Notes: a model not told the origin generated them from the sequence alone. Numbered from the stretch's first letter, positions 32,014 to 41,379 are shown. The stretch: 64,000 bases of DNA from an uncultured Alphaproteobacteria bacterium (GCA_963847015.1 CAWJYI010000026.1:27775-91774); one strand, 5' to 3'. Made by a program: numbers and translations.

Positions 32014-34247
32014 GTGAAACCTTCCGCCCGCGCAGCTGCATTGCGATCGACCGCACTGGCGACAAGTCTGGCGCTGGCGATCGGGCTGTCCGCAATGTCC
32101 GTCGACGCCTGGGCCAATCCGAAAGTTCCATTGCCGAAGCCGCGGCCGATTTCGCGGGCGGCCGTTCCCAATACGACGCCCAAGACGACGCAAGTGGCGC
32201 GGGTCAATACCGCCGCCATTGCCGCCGCCCGTCGTTGGCCCCGGCCCCACCTGCACCAGCCTTGGCTCCCGCTACGCGCCAGCATGCCGCCTTGCCGCCG
32301 CAGCGCAGGGCCGTGACACCGGCGGCGGTGGCCGCGACGTCGTCGACCTCACAATCCGACAAGGATGCGCTGGAAAACGTCATCGAACTGGTACGCAAGC
32401 ACAAGTCCGCGGATGCGACGCAGGCGCAGGCGACGATATCGGATCCGGTCGCCCGCAAGCTCGCGGAATGGCTGATCCTGCGCAGCGATGACAATGGCGC
32501 CACGGTCGAGCGCTATCGCGCCTTCCTCGCGGCCAATCCGAGTTGGCCCTCACAGACATTCCTGCGCCGGCGCATCGAGGCCGCGCTGTGGGACGACCAT
32601 CGCGACGACGCCACGGTGTGGTCGTGGTTCGAAAACGAATCGCCGATCTCGGCCAAAGGCAAGTTCGCGCTGGCGCGGGTGATGATCGGACGCGGCGATC
32701 GCGCCAATGCCGAACGGCTGGTCCGCGACGCCTGGCGCAACGACGGCATGAGCGAAGAGACCGAAACCGTGGCGCTCGACCTGTTCGGCGCGTTGCTGAC
32801 CGCGGGCGATCACAAGGCGCGCATGGACAACTTCCTCTATGGCACCGAGCAGGAGGCCGGCGCGCTGCGCGCCGCGAAACGGCTGGGTTCGGGTCACCTC
32901 GCTTTGGCGAAAGCGCGCATCGCGGCCAACAAGAAGGCCTCCAACACCCGGGCCCTGCTCGAGCAGGTGCCGCACGAATTGCATGGCGATACCGGCTATC
33001 TCTTCAGCAAGATCCAGTTGCTTCGGCGCGAAGAAAAATTCACCGAGGCCGCCCAGCTCATGCTGGGCGCGCCGAAGGACCCTGCCCGGCTGCACAATCT
33101 CGACGAATGGTGGATCGAACGGCGGCTATTGGCGCGCAAGATGCTCGACGCCGGCGAGCATCGCAGCGCCTATCTGATCGCCAGGGACGCCGCCCTTCCC
33201 TCCCGCGACATCTACAAGACCGAGCAGGAATTCACGGCAGGCTGGATCGCGCTGCGTTTCCTGAACGATCCGGCGGTGGCCGCACAGCATTTTGCGCGCA
33301 TCGGCGTCGGCAGCGTGAACCCGACCGCGCTGGCGCGCGCCGGCTATTGGCAGGGCCGCGCGGCGGAAGCTGCGGGGCGCGCCCAGGAGGCCCGCGCCGC
33401 CTACACCCGCGCCGCCGAACAATCGACCAGCTATTACGGCCAATTGGCGCGCGCAAAACTCGGACTGCCGCAGATCGAACTGAACGGCGTGCCGCGCGGG
33501 CGCGGCCCGGAACGGCTGGAGATCGTGCGTGCGGTGCAACTGCTCTATGAACTCGACGAGCGCGAAATCGCGATTCCGATTTTCGGCGACATGGGCGAGA
33601 ACGGCGATCCCGACGCCCTGGTCGGGCTTGGCGAGCTGACCTCGCGCTACAGCGACGCCCGCGGCATGCTGTTGCTCGGCAAGGCCGCGCTCAATCGCGG
33701 CCTGCCGTTCGATTTCTACGCTTATCCCGTGAACGGAATTCCGTCGTTCAAGCAGTTTGGGCCGGAGGTCGAGCAGAGCATCGTCTACGCCATCGCCCGC
33801 CAGGAAAGCGCCTTCAACCAGGCCGTGGTGTCTCCGGCGCAGGCTTATGGGCTGATGCAGGTAACGCCGGACGCCGGGCGGTATGTCTGCAAGCGCGCCG
33901 GCGTCGGCTTCGACCTCAGCCGGATGAAGACCGATCCGGTCTATAACGCCGCGCTCGGCGCCGCCGAACTCGGCGGGCTGCTCGAAGACTATCGCGGCTC
34001 CTACATCCTGACGTTCGCCGCCTATAATGCCGGCCGCGGCAGCGTCAAGAAATGGATCGAGCGCTATGGCGATCCGCGCGATCCCAAGGTCGACGCGGTC
34101 GATTGGGTCGAACAGATCCCGTTCTCCGAGACGCGCAACTACGTGCAGCGGATCATGGAGAACCTGCAGGTCTACCGGACGCGATTCGGCGGCGGCACAC
34201 GGCTCCAGATCGAAGCCGATTTGCGTCGCGGCGCCGGCGTCGAATAG
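32014..34247 (+). CDS. Soluble lytic murein transglycosylase (Slt70-like); frameshift near 32233
   Basis: IARQESAF, GLMQV, AAYNAG, ETRNYV; the signal peptide lies in the upstream frame. Confidence 0.92.
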
Positions 34248-34369
34248 CGCGACGTCTTCCCTGCGGGCTGCGTTGCGCGCAGGCGCGCTGGCCGGGGTTA
34301 GCCAGATCGAGCTTGGGCCGGCCCTCGCGTGTCATGCGCGCGGCCGTCGCGCGTCACCGCAACCCCGAC

Positions 34370-34577
34370 AACGAAAAACCCCCGGCAGTTTCCTGCCGGG
34401 GGTTTTCCTTAGAGAGTTGTCAGACGATCAGGATCAGAAGTTACGCTGAGCGCGAACGTTGAAGGACACGGTATCCTGGTCCTTGAATTCGTACACAGTG
34501 GTCGGCTTCCGAGCCGTCACACAGAGAACGGCAGAGCCCTGCATCTTCTGGTCGAGGTGGAACCACAAGACTTCCGC
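34370..34577. repeat. Direct repeat copy 1: porin 3' end plus terminator (208 bp)
   Basis: Matches 36104-36311 at 202 of 208 positions by manual alignment. Confidence 0.95.
34434..34577 (-). pseudogene. Orphan C-terminal fragment (about 47 codons) of the porin
   Basis: AEVLWFHLDQKMQGSAVLCVTARKPTTVYEFKDQDTVSFNVRAQRNF*; no porin sequence upstream of it. Confidence 0.85.
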
Positions 34578-34703
34578 AAGGAGGTCAGTGCTGCCTTGAA
34601 ACAGGCCGGGGTAACTCAGGCCCGACGAACCATCGGTGGCCGCAAGGTCCGCCTGTACGTCCTGCCTACGGTCGCAGCCCGATCCAACCGAGGCGGACAT
34701 TGA
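34578..34703 (+). pseudogene. C-terminal fragment resembling phage/satellite primase-helicase tails
   Basis: KEVSAALKQAGVTQARRTIGGRKVRLYVLP...* begins exactly at the repeat breakpoint; family assignment by pattern only. Confidence 0.4.
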
Positions 34704-35031
34704 GTTTTAGGTAAGGGAAAGTTCGCACGTTACCCCGGCCTACCCGGTCCAAGCGCGGAACTCCTATATTTTATGGCGTTTCGACGGGCCGGGGGCCAGA
34801 ATGCCCACCCGGCCCCATCGTGGCCCTCTTGGTCTCCTATGGGGCCATAAGCCGACATCGTGTATTATTCGATCACTTCGTCGGCCAACGTCAGCAGTCG
34901 AACCGGCGTCGCGTCCTAGCGGCCTGGGGTTATTGTTTCCTCTGCGTTGACGCCACGACTCCGGAACGGCTAAGCTGTGTCCTCTCGAATTCCGCGTTTC
35001 GGCAATCTCCAATTTTAGGTTTCGTTTTACC

Positions 35032-35715
35032 ATGCTCATTGCGGTTCCTAACCTTCTTACGCCGCAACAGGTTGCGTACGCGCGGCAAAAGCTCGACGCG
35101 GCGAAATGGACCGACGGTGCGGCCACGGCTGGTGTTCTGGCGAAACAAGTGAAGCGGAACCGGCAGATCGACCAGAGCGACCCCGTTGGACGCGAAATCG
35201 GGCAGATGATTGTGAAGGCGCTGACCACCAACGGGACCTTTTTGTCTGCCGCGCAGCCGTGGAAGGTGCTTCCGCCGAAGTTCAACCGGTACGAAGGGGG
35301 GGAGCACTACGGGGCGCATATTGATAACGCCATTATGGACATCCCCGGCTCCGGGGGGTTGCGCATGCGCGCGGACCTCTCGATGACTGTGTTCTTCTCT
35401 GAACCCGGGGAATACGACGGGGGCGAGTTGCGTGTGCTGGACACGTATGGCCACCAGGCCATTAAACTCCCGGCGGGACATGCCATCCTCTACACCGCCA
35501 CGAGCCTGCACGAGGTGACGCCGGTCACGCGGGGGATCCGCACGTCCTCTTTTTTCTGGATACAGAGCCTGATCCGCGATGACACGCGGCGGTCGATGCT
35601 CTACGACCTGGGCGAAGTTATCGGTTCGCTGGCGGCAACACATCCCGACCACCCGTCCGTCTCGGGGTTTCTGGGCCACTATCACAAGCTGCTGCAGCAT
35701 TGGTCGGAACTGTGA
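35032..35715 (+). CDS. PKHD-type Fe(II)/2-oxoglutarate hydroxylase (PiuC/YbiX family)
   Basis: DGAATAG...VKRNRQ, PPKFNRY, HIDNA, YDGGEL, SLHEVTPVTRGIR...FFWIQS. Confidence 0.92.
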   Translation: MLIAVPNLLTPQQVAYARQKLDAAKWTDGAATAGVLAKQVKRNRQIDQSDPVGREIGQMIVKALTTNGTFLSAAQPWKVLPPKFNRYEGGEHYGAHIDNAIMDIPGSGGLRMRADLSMTVFFSEPGEYDGGELRVLDTYGHQAIKLPAGHAILYTATSLHEVTPVTRGIRTSSFFWIQSLIRDDTRRSMLYDLGEVIGSLAATHPDHPSVSGFLGHYHKLLQHWSEL

Positions 35716-36103
35716 ACGGGCACGGGGCGGGCTTGCGCGTGTAGGGGATAGCGCGGGACTCCCCGCCTCGGCCTGTCAGTAGCCCCGGCCGGCGACGTCG
35801 CCGGCAGCAAGGGCGCGGTCGACCCGGAAGGCCCCGCGGCGTGCAGTCCGGCGACGTCATCCTATAGGCTCGCCGCCGCCGCACCTTCGATGTCGTCGAG
35901 ACCGCCGAGAGGATGACGTACGATCTCGAAACCGAATTGATCGGTGACGCTTTGCAGCGCGCTGAAGAAGCGCCTCATTGGCTCTCCCGCGGAATCACAA
36001 GAGAATCATAGCAAAGCAGCAGCCCGGCGCGGCAGCCAAGGACGCAACCGCTTCCGGTGCCGCGTACGACCTTTTGAGACGCTAGTGAAATCTCAGCGGA
36101 TAT

Positions 36104-36311
36104 AACGAAAAACCCCCGGCAGTTTCCTGCCGGGGGTTTTCCTTGGAGAGTTGTCAGACGATCAGGATCAGAAGTTACGCTGAGCGCGAACGTTGAAGGA
36201 CACGGTATCCTGGTCCTTGAACTCGTACACAGTGGTCGGCTTCGGAGCTGTCACACCGAGAACGGCAGAGCCCTGCATCTTCTGGTCGAGGTGGAACCAC
36301 ATGACTTCCGC
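36104..36311. repeat. Direct repeat copy 2: 3' end of the full-length porin gene plus terminator
   Basis: Offset 1734 bp from copy 1. Confidence 0.95.
36108..36140. terminator. Bidirectional intrinsic terminator of the porin gene (duplicated at 34374-34406)
   Basis: aaaacccccggcag-tttc-ctgccgggggtttt. Confidence 0.85.
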
Positions 36312-37809
36312 CGAGAACGTCAGGTTCTTGACAGGAGTCCAGCGGGTGATGATGCCGACCTGCGACGCGTTGAAGTCCGGGTTGCAGGCGAAGTCGGCGG
36401 AAACAGTCTTGACCGGCCCTGTAGACGGCGCAGGTCTCTAGCTTCGCCACACCGTCGTAAGGACCACGCCAATGCCGCCGAAGAGGCTGGACGACCAGTA
36501 CGGATCCCAGTTGTGGTTATATGCACCACGGAGACCGTAGGCTGACGTCAGATGCAGCGGCCGTCGCCGCCGCTGAAAGACGGGAAGGAAGACAGCATCG
36601 GTGGTCGCACCGAAACCAACGCTCTGGTAAGCGCCGGGAAGGCTGGTGCTGCCGAACATCGTGAAGCCCGGCGAGGCCGCCGCCGTGGAGATCACGTTCT
36701 TCGTGTCACCCTTGGCGTAGGTGACATCCACCTTGATGTCGTCGCCTGCACCCCATGGGATGTTCTTGATCTGCAACGCAGCCATCACCGAACCGCCCCA
36801 CTTGTTGCTCGGGGTGACCGGAGATTTCCGACAGCGCGCTCGGTGCACCGGCAGCAGGAGCAACAGTGCCCGCGGGAGCCGCCGTAGCGAACGTGGGAGC
36901 GCCGCCAGCCGCCGCTAACAAGCGGAGTGATCGAGCTGGCGTTCAGGATGTTGTAGGAGCCGGAGACTTCATGCGCGACGCCCGAAATCTGGAACAGACC
37001 CCAAGCCTGGTCGACGCGGATGTTGCCGACGACGTCGGGAGCATGCACGCCGGCATAGGTGTTCGCGACGGTGCCGGTTGCACTCAGGCCAAGGTTCAGG
37101 TTGACGACCGGCGTACGGTTGAAGACGACCGGATCATCGAGACCGATGGTGCCGGACACGCCGTTGCCGAACTGCGCGGTGTACTGGATGTTGTTCACGC
37201 CGGTGACGGTGTCATTACCGCCGATCAGGTTCGAGGTGTTCTGGTTGCCCGGGATAACCATGCCAAGGCGTCGAGTAGGCCGAAGCCGACTTACCGAAGG
37301 TGAACCCAGCGAACTGGATGAACACCATTTCAACCGCGACGTAACCTTCGCCGGGCTGGTTCAGCAGGCCGGTATTGGTGCCCAGCGGTCGGCGAGCCGG
37401 TGAAGTTGGCCGGGTTGGTCGTGTTGTTGCCCTGGGTGGTGAACTGGAAGTCAGCCTGACCGAAGGTGCGGACAACGCCGTATTCGGTGGCGGTACGGGT
37501 ATCGACCGTCAGCGCCATACGGGAACGGGCGTCGAAGTAATCGGCATAGCGATTGTGCTGGCCGAGGTCACCCGACCAAGCCGGCGCGTCGTAGATCGAG
37601 CCGTTGAACGTGGTGTCGACGCGCAGGTAGCCACCCAGCTTGATGCAGGTGTCGGTGCCGGGGATATAGAAGAAACCCGCACCATACAGGGAGCAGATCC
37701 TCACGTACTCGACCGCTTTGGCCTTGACGGGAAGATCGGCCGCCTGAGCTCCACTCATGGCGATCAGACCCGCCGCTGAGCCGAGAATAAGGCTCTTAAC
37801 CATCTTCAT
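36168..37809 (-). CDS. Alphaproteobacterial porin (Omp2/RopA, Porin_2 family), multiple frameshifts in this sequence
   Basis: Signal peptide, AADLPVKAKAVEYVRICSLYGAGFFYIPGTDTCIKLGGYLR, RVDQAWG, C-terminal QRNF; spread over at least 6 frame segments. Confidence 0.92.
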
Positions 37810-38871
37810 GTTAAACCTCCAAGTTGCTCTGTAGGGAAGGTTCCGGATCCGCTGGGTGAATCACCCTAAGGTTGGTTCCCTTGTCCCTTGAAACCCGCTT
37901 AGTCGCTTCGCGCCTTCGGACACTCCCGCATGAACGCGAGGGACTTAAGCGAACCACCTAAAACGGGACGACCTCGGGATGCCCCCCTCCGTCGCGCCAT
38001 CACAATTACCGAGGACTTCTGCACACGCAACAAAGGAACCGCTTGGAAGCACCCGACACCGCCCCTTTTCCGTCGGGTGTTGCACAAATAACACGCAACC
38101 GTGATCAAAGTTTACTCCTAAGATATTGTTTTTGTTTTCATTTTTGAATAGTTCCGTTTGGCGCGTGAATTGTTGCCGCGAACCGCCGGCTCCGGGTTTT
38201 CCCGTTCCAGATCTCGCATCGAATCGAATCGGCGACCAAACCACTGAATCCAATTCAGCAGCCACACACGCAACTCAGAGCTGACATGACGGGCGGATCA
38301 GAGGCTGCGTGCGGGCTTAATCCGCGCCATGCCGCACGATCGCGACAATAGTAAAGGCTCTCGGCCCTGCCGCCGTCCGCTTTTCGAACGGGACCGCAAT
38401 GACCGGTATCATGGAGCGGTCCGCAACATTGCAAAAAGCCCTTGTTTTTGGGGATCTAAATGATTTCGCGTGGCGCAAGGCAACGCAACGCATTCCGACT
38501 GCAATGTGGAACTTCTACCTTCTGGATTGATCGAAATCGGGCGTACCGGCAGAACCGAATCGAAGGTTCGCCCTCAGAAAGCGCTGCTGCATTTCGATTT
38601 CGTATGCGCGTGCGCTGAAAATATCGTGAGCGCGGCCCCGTCGAATCCCCATCGCGTCGAACGATGGCTGCTATTTTTGACACGCTGGAGAACGCAAATC
38701 CTTCGAAGAAGGCCTGTCAAAAGCCCAGGAAATGAGCTCTCGAAACGAGTTCAGCCGCGCGCTGGCTGGCGCGAGAGCTGCGCTTGAGGGGGCTGCGCCA
38801 CCAAATGGCCCCGGCGTAACCTGAATCTGCCGCTTGCGGCTCGCGCCCGCCTCGGGCATATCCGCCCTCAC

Positions 38872-38965
38872 GGAGCTGTGGCCGAGTGGCTGAAGGCGGC
38901 GGTTTGCTAAACCGTTATAGGGTTGTAAAGCCCTATCGAGGGTTCGAATCCCTCCGGCTCCGCCA
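38872..38965 (+). tRNA. tRNA-Ser(GCT)
   Basis: Acceptor GGAGCTG/CGGCTCC-GCCA, anticodon loop TTGCTAA, long variable arm, GGTTCGAATCC. Confidence 0.95.
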
Positions 38966-38991
38966 GAAATCATATTAAGCATCTGTTTTCA

Positions 38992-39252
38992 TTGATATTT
39001 AGTTTTGTACCCATTCGCTACGTACAAGCGAATGTACAAAGCAAAAATGATGACTCTCGGGCTGCCGACAACGCCATGCACATCATGGGCGAAGCTCTGC
39101 ATCAGGAATTGCTAGAGCGCGGCCTCAACTCTCCCGACGCCAAACTGTGCAGCGAAATCATCTCGCGCGTGTTCGTGCGATCCGCTGAGATGATGAATCG
39201 AATTCCGCTCACGGCTTACGAGGCAGACGAGATTTCGAAGCGCAGTGTCTGA
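38992..39252 (+). CDS. Hypothetical protein, probably 5'-truncated
   Basis: Open frame whose 5' part runs through the AT-rich att-like region; no clear RBS. Confidence 0.35.
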   Translation: MIFSFVPIRYVQANVQSKNDDSRAADNAMHIMGEALHQELLERGLNSPDAKLCSEIISRVFVRSAEMMNRIPLTAYEADEISKRSV

Positions 39253-39414
39253 GGGGCCGCCCTGGCCTAATTTCAAGCGTATGTGCACTTGTGGCCTGTC
39301 TTCCTACCCGAAGGGGTATACGCTCGATTGGTCACCGCACCGTCCATGGCTTACATCGGTGATGAGAACGCCTGTCGCGCTCCCGCCTTCCTCTAACGGA
39401 TTGGGAGCAGCGTC

Positions 39415-39612
39415 ATGCAGCAGCGACGCCATTTCACGACCGCCCCTATAGATCAGCGCTTAACTGAACAGGCGCGGCAACTACGCAAAGAGGCGCAAGG
39501 GACGCCACCCGGTGTTGCGCGCGATAACCTTATTCGCCGAGCCCGGCAGGCGGAGACAGCCGCGCATACGCAGGAATGGCTTTCGTCGCTGGAATTACAG
39601 CCGCCAAAGTAA
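39415..39612 (+). CDS. Small hypothetical protein
   Basis: GGGAG RBS; 65 aa helical (QRLTEQARQLRKEAQGTPPG...RRARQAETA). Confidence 0.7.
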   Translation: MQQRRHFTTAPIDQRLTEQARQLRKEAQGTPPGVARDNLIRRARQAETAAHTQEWLSSLELQPPK

Positions 39613-39727
39613 TCTCAGTGCGCAGCTCTAAAGGGCACTCGCCGGTGCTGTCCGCACGCCGCAATCCAGTTAGTTTTGAACAAAACCGCAGTTGCCGCGT
39701 CTGAAAATAGGACGTGGGAATGCGCGT

Positions 39728-39877
39728 ATGCCTTCAAGTAACGAGCGTGTCGAACTCGAAATGGAAATTATGAGATACAGGTTGCTTTCGCAGCGGACGA
39801 CCGATGCCGCGTTTCTGAAGCGGATAGCAGAGAGGGCCGCCGAGCTGGAACAGAAGCTCCGCGAGATCGACGAGTAA
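39728..39877 (+). CDS. Small hypothetical coiled-coil protein
   Basis: 49 aa MPSSNERVELEMEI...ELEQKLREIDE. Confidence 0.55.
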   Translation: MPSSNERVELEMEIMRYRLLSQRTTDAAFLKRIAERAAELEQKLREIDE

Positions 39878-39923
39878 AGGCCGCCGCAGTTGGAACGTTA
39901 CCTAGCGCCAAGAGTCATTTATT

Positions 39924-40022
39924 AGCTTCCGGTTCCCAGCCCCCCTGCGAGCGCTGGAAGTAAAACCTCCAAGTTGGCGGTTTGCGGCCCCAGATACGCA
40001 ACCTGGGGCCGTTTTCTTTTTC
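39924..40022 (+). ncRNA. Candidate small RNA complementary to the porin RBS
   Basis: Three predicted hairpins ending in a U-tract terminator; contains aaacctccaagttg, identical to 37813-37826. Confidence 0.55.
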
Positions 40023-40049
40023 AGATGTCGGCGGCGCGACGCAATTGAA

Positions 40050-40253
40050 TTATCCAACTCTTAGATTTTCCGCGGACGACTTGCCCCGGTTGCTCATTTC
40101 TTCGTAGCTCACCTTGGCACCCTCATTGAGGCTGCTCAGTCCCGCTTTTTCGACCGCCGAGATGTGCACGAAAACATCCTTGCCGCCGCCGTCGGGTTGG
40201 ATGAACCCGTATCCCTTCGCCGGGTTGAACCACTTCACAGTGCCTGTCGCCAC
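40050..40253 (-). CDS. Cold-shock protein (CspA family)
   Basis: GTG start, [23 protein letters not shown]. Confidence 0.95.
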   Translation of the reverse strand: MATGTVKWFNPAKGYGFIQPDGGGKDVFVHISAVEKAGLSSLNEGAKVSYEEMSNRGKSSAENLRVG

Positions 40254-40314
40254 GTCCGTGCTCCCTGTTTTAATCGAGGGGCGCAACCTAGGTCCGTCTG
40301 ACAGTCCACCGCAA

Positions 40315-40345
40315 GGAAAAACCCGCCGGGTATGAACCGGCGGGC
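40315..40345 (-). terminator. Intrinsic terminator downstream of the Sel1-like gene
   Basis: cccgccgg/ccggcggg stem with T-run on the minus strand. Confidence 0.6.
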
Positions 40346-40431
40346 CTTGATTTCGTGAGCAATCAAATACCGGCGAGCCGCTTGCCGAGCAGCGCAAGGC
40401 ACGTGCTCACCTGAAGCAGTAGCGCGCCAGC

Positions 40432-40698
40432 TTAGTGCGCGGTCATCCAGGCCCGCGCTTCGCGCTGTGCGGTCGCGATCTCGACATCCGACATCATCTC
40501 GGCGACCTCGCGGCGCAGGGAGACCGCATCCGTGCGTCCCTTCAGGGCTGCCAGATTGAACCATTTGTGGGCCGCGACGAGATTGACCACGCCGGAGCGG
40601 CCGCTCGCCCAGTACAGCCCGCGCTCGAACAGTACATCCGGGATCGCCGTCGCTTCCACCGGTGTCGCCGCATCGAAGTCAATGTGTCCCTGAAACAT
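40432..40698 (-). CDS. Small Sel1-like repeat protein
   Basis: GLYWASGRSG...AAHKWFNLAALKG...IATAQREARAW. Confidence 0.85.
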   Translation of the reverse strand: MFQGHIDFDAATPVEATAIPDVLFERGLYWASGRSGVVNLVAAHKWFNLAALKGRTDAVSLRREVAEMMSDVEIATAQREARAWMTAH

Positions 40699-41268
40699 CC
40701 CTGTCTCCCATTTTATTGTTGGCCGCCATACCGAGCGCGGCCCCTGTCCACGATTGAAAAACGTCCCGTTATTCCCAACGCCGTTTACCGGCTTGTGGAA
40801 CGATCATGACCGATCAAATTTGAAAGGCAGTTTAAGTATCGCGATGAACGGGGTGTAAATGCGCGAACCCCATGCGCCGGCGCAAAATCGCAGAAGTGAC
40901 TGCGGCGCAGGTGTTTCGATGCGATCGTTGAGGATCGGTTTACCGTGCCGTTTCGTAGAACGATAACCATTGTCGCAAGCTCTGGGCGTCATCCGCGAAT
41001 TCGGCGCCAGCGGCTCTGCGCGCATTCCGGCGATAGCGCCGTCCGGTGACGGCACTGATCCAGTATTCAAGAAGGATGGTGATGGGTTCGCGAGAGCGCA
41101 CCGTGGCGGTGGCACGCTGGAACCCGTCATCGGGCTCGCCGGAGACGAGAACTCGTGGCGGCCTGTCACGGGCGCATGGGGAATCGCGCGGCGGAGGCAA
41201 TTAGTGCCTGCCGGGGATCAAAAACGATTTTGGGAAATCAAGGCGCCGGGCACCAATTGCGCCGGCAG

Positions 41269-41379
41269 CGGGAACGAGCGCGTCCCAAGGAGAACGAGTA
41301 CGTCCCAAGGGGACCGAGGGCGTCCCGGGGGAACGAGTACGTCCCAGGGAACGAGGCGTCCCGGGGGAACGAGGGCGTC
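41269..41379. repeat. Tandem array of six ~18-20-bp imperfect palindromes
   Basis: Consensus GGGAACGAG(N)NCGTCCC(aa/gg); last copy truncated. Confidence 0.9.

Larger units (their letters stand above)
34578..36103. mobile_element. Degenerate islet between the porin-end direct repeats
   Basis: Flanked by 208-bp direct repeats and carries foreign-looking content; no integrase visible. Confidence 0.5.

Noticed and set aside
34434-34700. 88-aa chimeric ORF ending in the porin beta-signal as an expressed decoy protein
   Set aside because: There is no SD or signal peptide, and its N-terminal half is the antisense of the primase-like fragment.
41269-41379. Possible CRISPR array
   Set aside because: Units are adjacent with no unique spacers, are too short, and no cas genes are present.
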